Source of the DNA: Octopus bimaculoides
Lineage: Eukaryota
Assembly (NCBI RefSeq): GCF_001194135.2
Contig: NC_068983.1
Coordinates: forward strand, 93,086,975-93,125,210
Length of the DNA stretch: 38,236 bases
Direction: 5' to 3'
The notes below the pieces were generated by a model. The model ran no database searches. It was not told the origin of the DNA and was given only the letters and a program-made list of their open reading frames with translations. A program made the translations under genes and the position numbers. This document shows, in pieces, positions 35,425-38,236 of the stretch (positions are counted from its first letter, which is position 1; every line of letters begins with the position of its first letter).

Positions 35425-37763
35425 GATATTGCAAATGAAAGGTATCAACCTTCTCAAACAATCTGTGTGTTTAAATTCAAAAAAAAAAAAAAAGAAAATG
35501 TTATTTTAAAATTTATAGAGGAAGTTAGAAGAGCTAATGAGGTGTTAAATTTGATCCTTACAACAAACAAGGTGGCATACAATACTTTATTCATCCATCG
35601 CAAACTAAAATCAGTAACACTTTCAATTTATGTTGTAGTGAATGGAATCAGGAAGTGAAGAAAAATTACTGCACCAATTCATGCATATATCTTGATTTAC
35701 ATGAGCACACATCCCTTGCTAGTTTGCAAAAATAGACAAAACAAATTTCAATGGAAAAAAAATAAAGAGCTATAATGTTATGAAATTAGTTTCAAACCCC
35801 GCTAAATAATCAGTTAACTAAATTTCTTATTTGAAAATTAAATTAAAATAAATAAAAAAAAAAAAACAAATAAAATTAATATTAAACAAATTGCTTAGGA
35901 ATTATGATGAAGCTACTCAAATCATTAAAAATTCATTATACGTTCAATACTGTTATTAAAAATACCAGGACAAGACAAAAAAAAAAACACACCACAACAA
36001 TAAGGTAAACATTATCTCATTAAATAGTATTTCAGACATTAGCTTAAATAGGGGGAAAATGTCAAGTATATACAGAAATATAAATGAGATTTTATGTACA
36101 TAAATATTTGTAGTTATTGATTCTAGAATTAATATTGGAGAAAATACTATGATTTTAGAAAGGAATCTAACAATAAAAATCAGGAGCAAAATTTCTCATA
36201 ACTGCTGTTTGCTGTCAATCTAGCAACTAGTTAGTACAAAGTATTCATTAAAAAGATTCTAACAAAAAACATAGTGTTGGTGGACACTTGACATCTTCAC
36301 TCCGGAAAAAAAAAAAAAAAGTGGGTGCTACTTTAGAGTGGATACTACTTTAATGCTTGGTTTACTGCAGTATCCACAGTCTATGCTGAGAACTGACCTG
36401 ATCTGGGATATGGATTAAGGTTTAGAGTTTGAGTAAAGAGCTACAGTTAGACAATATGCTGAAGTGTAAATGGCCAGGTAGATTGTGTAGTGGTGCCTGA
36501 TACCAGTCGCCATTTTGGAGAGTTTATCCACTCATGCGCAGGGACGAGTCTTCCGAAAGGCATGCAGGAAGTCCCTCGTGCACATGCATGGCCATCCAAC
36601 ATCCAAGTGTTCCTGTGTCTCTCTGCCTCTTTTGCTTGCTGAACTTCGTGGAAGCTAGACATCTCGACAGCAGCTCTCCGTCAACTCTACAATGAATCCA
36701 CATAGTTAACCAGAGAGGAGGAAATGACTTCAACCATGCAACTTCATTGACGGTGTCTCATCTAACCAAAGGCGACATACTACCGAATTCCTTTCTAGTG
36801 TGAGCAGAATTCTACAGTAATAAATATTTGTTATGCTGTTTTAGTTCAGAGTCCACATTCTGTTTTCTTCCTTGAAGAATTTAATGTATGGAATTGGGAT
36901 ACACAGGATGATATATACCCTCTTCCCTACAATTGCAACACTAAAGTGGGACCAAAGAGTGTCATAAATTTCTATTTTTATGTTTATTGTGCCTTGTGTT
37001 TATATATATATATCATCATCATCATCATCGTTTAACGTCCGCTTTCCATGCTAGCATGGGTTGGACGATTTGAACTCTAGGCAAAAGGCCTGAAATGTTT
37101 GGGGAGTGGGGGGGGGGCAGTCGATTAGATTAACACCAGTACAAAGCTGGTACTTAATTTATCGACCCAGAAAGGATGAAAGGCAAAGTTGACCGTGGCA
37201 GAATTTGAACTCAGAATGTAAAGACAGACGAAATACCACTTAGCATTTCACCTGGTGTGCTAACATTTCTGCCAGCTTGATCCTTGTAGATAAAGAAAAG
37301 GTTTTTTTCTTCAGACAAAGAAATAGAAAGAGATAGCAGAATTGTATATTGCAACTTATAGGTAGGAAGGATATTGAAGATAGTTTAATTTAAAATTCTC
37401 TTTTGCCAAAATTCCTGCTAACATCATTTAATTCTCCTTCAAATCTTTTGCTGCAGAAAGTTGCAGGAAACAAGACAGAACTTAAAAACTGATGCAAATG
37501 AAAGACGTCAACACTCTAAACAGACCATGTATTGTTTAGTGATTATTGATATGCAATTCTTTGAGCACCTACCTCATCAATACCAAGTTCATTTGTATAC
37601 ATCCGCCATGTGTTATTGTCATCAGATGTCTCCAACATGAACTCCGAAACATACTCTTCAGTACCTTGCCTTCCTTGTGTACCAACAGCAGTGATGATAT
37701 AACGCTTACCAAGGTCAATAGCTAGAAATTGTTCACCATTCGGAGTACTAGCAGACCAAGCAC
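10914..37763 (-). CDS. Nrx-IV: Contactin-associated protein-like / neurexin-IV gene, partial: six spliced exons encoding discoidin C-terminal part, LamG1 and start of LamG2; gene continues beyond both window edges
   Basis: Six segments with AG acceptors and GT/GC donors join with matching phases (1,0,1,1,0,0,0) into one open frame of 1061 nt. The order F5/8C discoidin-LamG-LamG is the known N-terminal architecture of the Caspr/CNTNAP/Nrx-IV family. The exact orthologue is not determined. Confidence 0.9.
14106..14302 (+). mobile_element. SINE family B, decayed
   Basis: GGCAGTGAGTGGCAGAAT head and GGCCTTGTG 3' segment; homology to the other family B copies. Confidence 0.6.
14530..14670 (-). 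mobile_element. SINE family B, decayed
   Basis: AAAGTTGACCTTGGCAGGATTTGAA...CTGCCAACTTGCTGCTT matches the reverse complement of the family B head. Confidence 0.55.
16036..16075. repeat. Compound (GT)n(GC)n(AC)n microsatellite
   Basis: 40 bp of uninterrupted purine-pyrimidine alternation. Confidence 0.9.
17783..17950 (-). CDS. Nrx-IV: Exon E (168 nt): end of LamG1, LFVGGLPTFTKPGITVRHNFYGCIENVVFNNLRLIRDAKQQLPRYSIHGTPAYSCQ
   Basis: Not in the ORF track; translated by hand. CAG acceptor (17951-17952), GTAAGT donor (17781-17782). LFVGG and NF.GCIENV.FN motifs. Confidence 0.93.
17965..18029. repeat. Three tandem copies of AGAAATTATTTACATAA next to the exon E acceptor
   Basis: Core at 17966-17982, 17986-18002 and 18009-18025. 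Confidence 0.9.
18400..19160 (+). mobile_element. Decayed RTE LINE 3' portion (RT C-terminal part through tail)
   Basis: GIHQGPIL and LLYVNELVLITESIEELQKKL resemble GVHQGS.LSP / LLYADDLVLIAES.EEL. Tail GGAAGGGCATTCC...(GAT)-like end near 19160. Confidence 0.65.
19161..19440 (-). mobile_element. RTE-type 3' tail copy with degenerate internal tandem units
   Basis: GGCTGGATACCCTTCCTAATGCCAACCAC is the reverse complement of the tail motif seen at 1-231. Confidence 0.7.
19824..20252 (+). mobile_element. Near full-length tRNA-headed SINE (family A here) with internal (TG)/(TA) microsatellite
   Basis: A-box-like GTAGCTGTGTGGTAAG, degenerate B-box, body CCTTAGGTAAGTGTCTTCT...CCAAAGCCTTGTGA and tail TGAAACAAG..AAAAGATAA. 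Homologous copies at 24172, 34075 and 34425 in this window. Confidence 0.8.
20750..21420 (-). mobile_element. RTE-clade LINE fragment: RT domain piece joined to the 3' tail sequence
   Basis: FGFVLGRCTTYAIFLIRQLQEK...AFVGLEKAFDRVP (21148-21369) and VQAMSRDTVS...QVEVHQGLVVSTLLFNIVL (about 21005-21136) match RTE RT motifs. These are followed by the GGTTGGCATTAGGAAG-type tail. Confidence 0.8.
21603..21781 (-). CDS. Nrx-IV: Exon D (179 nt): LamG1, GSTQMSRGATTLVGGSMLDDHQWHDVILEREKKKITLIVDRLETIEEANGDFFRLDIDSK
   Basis: CAG acceptor (21782-21783), GTAAGG donor (21601-21602). GS.LDDHQWH.V...R is a Caspr-type LamG motif. Confidence 0.93.
22205..22900 (+). mobile_element. Decayed RTE LINE fragment
   Basis: DDLVFIEESVEEMQK RT-like motif at about 22215-22262, followed by purine-rich decayed coding sequence. 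Right boundary approximate. Confidence 0.5.
23490..23640 (+). mobile_element. Short RTE RT fragment
   Basis: FYADDLILISESIGR motif at about 23565-23608. Confidence 0.55.
23750..24070 (+). mobile_element. CR1/L2-like LINE RT fragment
   Basis: LLAKLSASGIH...YGVPQSLVLSHTSFLLFVNNLL...HSYAENTTL resembles GVPQGSVLSPTLFLLFINDL...YADDTTL. Confidence 0.6.
24172..24538 (-). mobile_element. SINE family A, near full length
   Basis: Reverse-complement homology to 19824-20252 from head to tail. Confidence 0.8.
24567..24645. repeat. Perfect 16-bp minisatellite (GTGCCAATTGTGAAAG) x 4.9
   Basis: Four identical units plus 15 of 16 nt of a fifth, with no spacers. Confidence 0.97.
28144..28353 (-). CDS. Nrx-IV: Exon C (210 nt): LamG1 N-terminal part, ESDVSFFDQNTYITYDLTNLPIPIHTKQDLLRIHFRTSKADGVLFYTNGDQGDYLAIELKRGYLYLHIDL
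   Basis: CAG acceptor (28354-28355). LamG motifs FRT...DGVL and GDYL.IEL..G.L.L. Donor is AG|GCAAGT (28142-28143), and its phase 1 matches the next exon. Confidence 0.9.
28652..28793 (-). CDS. Nrx-IV: Exon B (142 nt): end of discoidin domain, VFIGNSNGHDVKKNTLTFPIRAQYIKFRPQRWSSSMSLRVEIYGCSF
   Basis: Not in the ORF track; translated by hand. CAG acceptor (28794-28795), GTAAGT donor (28650-28651). The F.GN, PI.A..I...P..W and LRVEIYGC motifs are diagnostic. Confidence 0.93.
29496..30413 (-). mobile_element. Internally deleted mariner (D,D34D type) transposon with both TIRs
   Basis: TA at 29494-29495 and 30414-30415. TIR plus TA matches at 23 of 26 positions (TATTGGGTCTTCCCATAAATAATGCG vs TAGTGGGTCATCCCATAAATAATGTG). 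ORF 29569-29898 has HQDNAQPH and HPPYSPDFAPFDYHL. N-terminal HIWHILLYEFNKG remnant near 30150. The TGDEKW region is absent. Confidence 0.92.
31950..32620 (+). mobile_element. Decayed RTE LINE RT fragment
   Basis: Remnants VIKDMKIGKIAEPS, YKDKGNAL, VMKVTEKV, VKAFDRAP and VLSPHLFIIVL follow the RTE RT motif order. Confidence 0.65.
34075..34420 (+). mobile_element. SINE family A
   Basis: Homology to 19824-20252; ends in TGACTGAAACAAGTAAAAGATAAAA. Confidence 0.8.
34425..35278 (-). mobile_element. SINE family A split by an assembly gap and about 250 bp of unrelated sequence
   Basis: 3' half at 34425-34668 and 5' half at about 35139-35278 are both homologous to the other copies. Confidence 0.7.
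34669..34885. other. Assembly gap (217 N) within a (TA)n tract
   Basis: Run of N flanked by (TA)n on both sides. Confidence 0.99.
37003..37073 (-). mobile_element. 5'-truncated young RTE-type tail
   Basis: Exact 71-bp reverse complement of 170-240. Confidence 0.8.
37075..37280 (-). mobile_element. tRNA-headed SINE (family B here)
   Basis: Minus strand AGCTGGCAGAAATGTTAGC (A-box-like) and GAGTTCAAATTCTGCC (B-box-like). Homologous copies at 4612, 14106 and 14530. Confidence 0.75.
37573..37763 (-). CDS. Nrx-IV: Exon A (191 nt): F5/8 type C discoidin domain, GAWSASTPNGEQFLAIDLGKRYIITAVGTQGRQGTEEYVSEFMLETSDDNNTWRMYTNELGIDE
   Basis: Polypyrimidine tract with CAG acceptor (37764-37765) and GTAGGT donor (37571-37572). 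Has the discoidin motifs AW, L.IDLG and AV.TQGR. Confidence 0.93.
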
Positions 37764-37842
37764 CTGAAAGAAAGAGGAGAAAATATATATGAACATACAT
37801 CTATAAATTTCTATGTGTAAATACATGTGTAGGTATGTATTA

Positions 37843-37990
37843 GGTGGTTGGCATTAGAAAGGGCATCCAGCTGTAAAAACCAATGCAAAACAAACACAAA
37901 ATCTGGTGCAAGCTCCTGTCTGACCAGCTCTGATCAAACCATCCGAACCCATGCCAGCATGAAAGGCAGACATTAAACAATGATGATGCA
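37843..37990 (+). mobile_element. RTE-type 3' tail copy
   Basis: GGTGGTTGGCATTAGAAAGGGCATCCAGCTGTAAAAAC...CCCATGCCAGCATG...GATGATG. Confidence 0.75.
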
Positions 37991-38028
37991 TGTCTGTATA
38001 TATATGTATATATATATATATATATATA

Positions 38029-38221
38029 TGATTGACCGTTGACTGAACACTATTCAATTTTTTTTCTCCGTGTTTTTCTCCTTGTCTCCGTATTCTTTCT
38101 GTTGAAGAGCGTAGCTCGAAACGTCAAAGACTTTCCGTATTCCCGAGCGTCATACTAATATATACTTTTGTTATTTACACCACCTGTCCTCGTCTGTTGT
38201 TATTTTTTGTATAATCTCCCA
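38029..38221 (+). mobile_element. Penelope-like element terminal remnant between two (TA)n tracts
   Basis: CTGTTGAAGAGCGTAGCTCGAAACGTCA fits the CTGANGA...CGAAACG motif known from Penelope-like element termini. CpG-rich relative to flanks. Confidence 0.55.
38094..38130 (+). ncRNA. Minimal type I hammerhead ribozyme-like motif with variant core
   Basis: Stem I TCTTT/AAAGA, core CTGTTGA, stem II GAGC-GTA-GCTC, GAA, palindromic stem III ACGT and a GTC cleavage triplet. Confidence 0.5.
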
Positions 38222-38236
38222 TATATATATATATAT

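Noticed and set aside
35236-35658. 140-aa ORF, the longest gap-free ORF in the track
   Set aside because: It starts in a SINE head and runs through (AAT)n and poly-A tracts, with no domain signature or splice support.
28794-37572. Drosophila-style mutually exclusive discoidin exon (Nrx-IV exons 3/4)
   Set aside because: I saw no duplicate of exon A or B in this intron by eye, and A joins B seamlessly. A duplicate could lie upstream of the window; tblastn with exon A would settle it.

Overview
AT-rich eukaryotic genomic DNA, not prokaryotic. The SINE and RTE repeat families resemble those I recall from Octopus genomes; this is an inference from memory, not a database result. The window lies inside one large minus-strand gene for a contactin-associated protein / neurexin-IV (Caspr, CNTNAP family). 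Six exons splice in frame: 37573-37763, 28652-28793, 28144-28353, 21603-21781, 17783-17950 and 10914-11084. Together they give 1061 nt (about 353 aa) covering the C-terminal part of the F5/8C discoidin domain, LamG1 and the start of LamG2. One intron is GC-AG. The start and the rest of the gene lie outside the window. The introns hold decayed transposons: two mariners, a hAT-Charlie-type remnant, RTE and CR1/L2-like LINE fragments, many tRNA-headed SINEs, and a young-looking 1517-bp non-autonomous piggyBac with TTAA duplication. The best leads are: (1) the piggyBac is sense-oriented and offers an in-frame splice acceptor 623 nt after a host exon (a CSB-PGBD3-like exon-trap candidate); (2) two long palindromes both centred on AAA|TTT, plus an exact 46-bp inverted duplication, suggest template-switch repair; (3) a Penelope-type minimal hammerhead ribozyme motif near the right end; (4) a tail-to-tail SINE pair that could form an A-to-I editing substrate. 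There is no CRISPR array, rRNA or intact tRNA, and I cannot support a wholly new biological system from the sequence alone.
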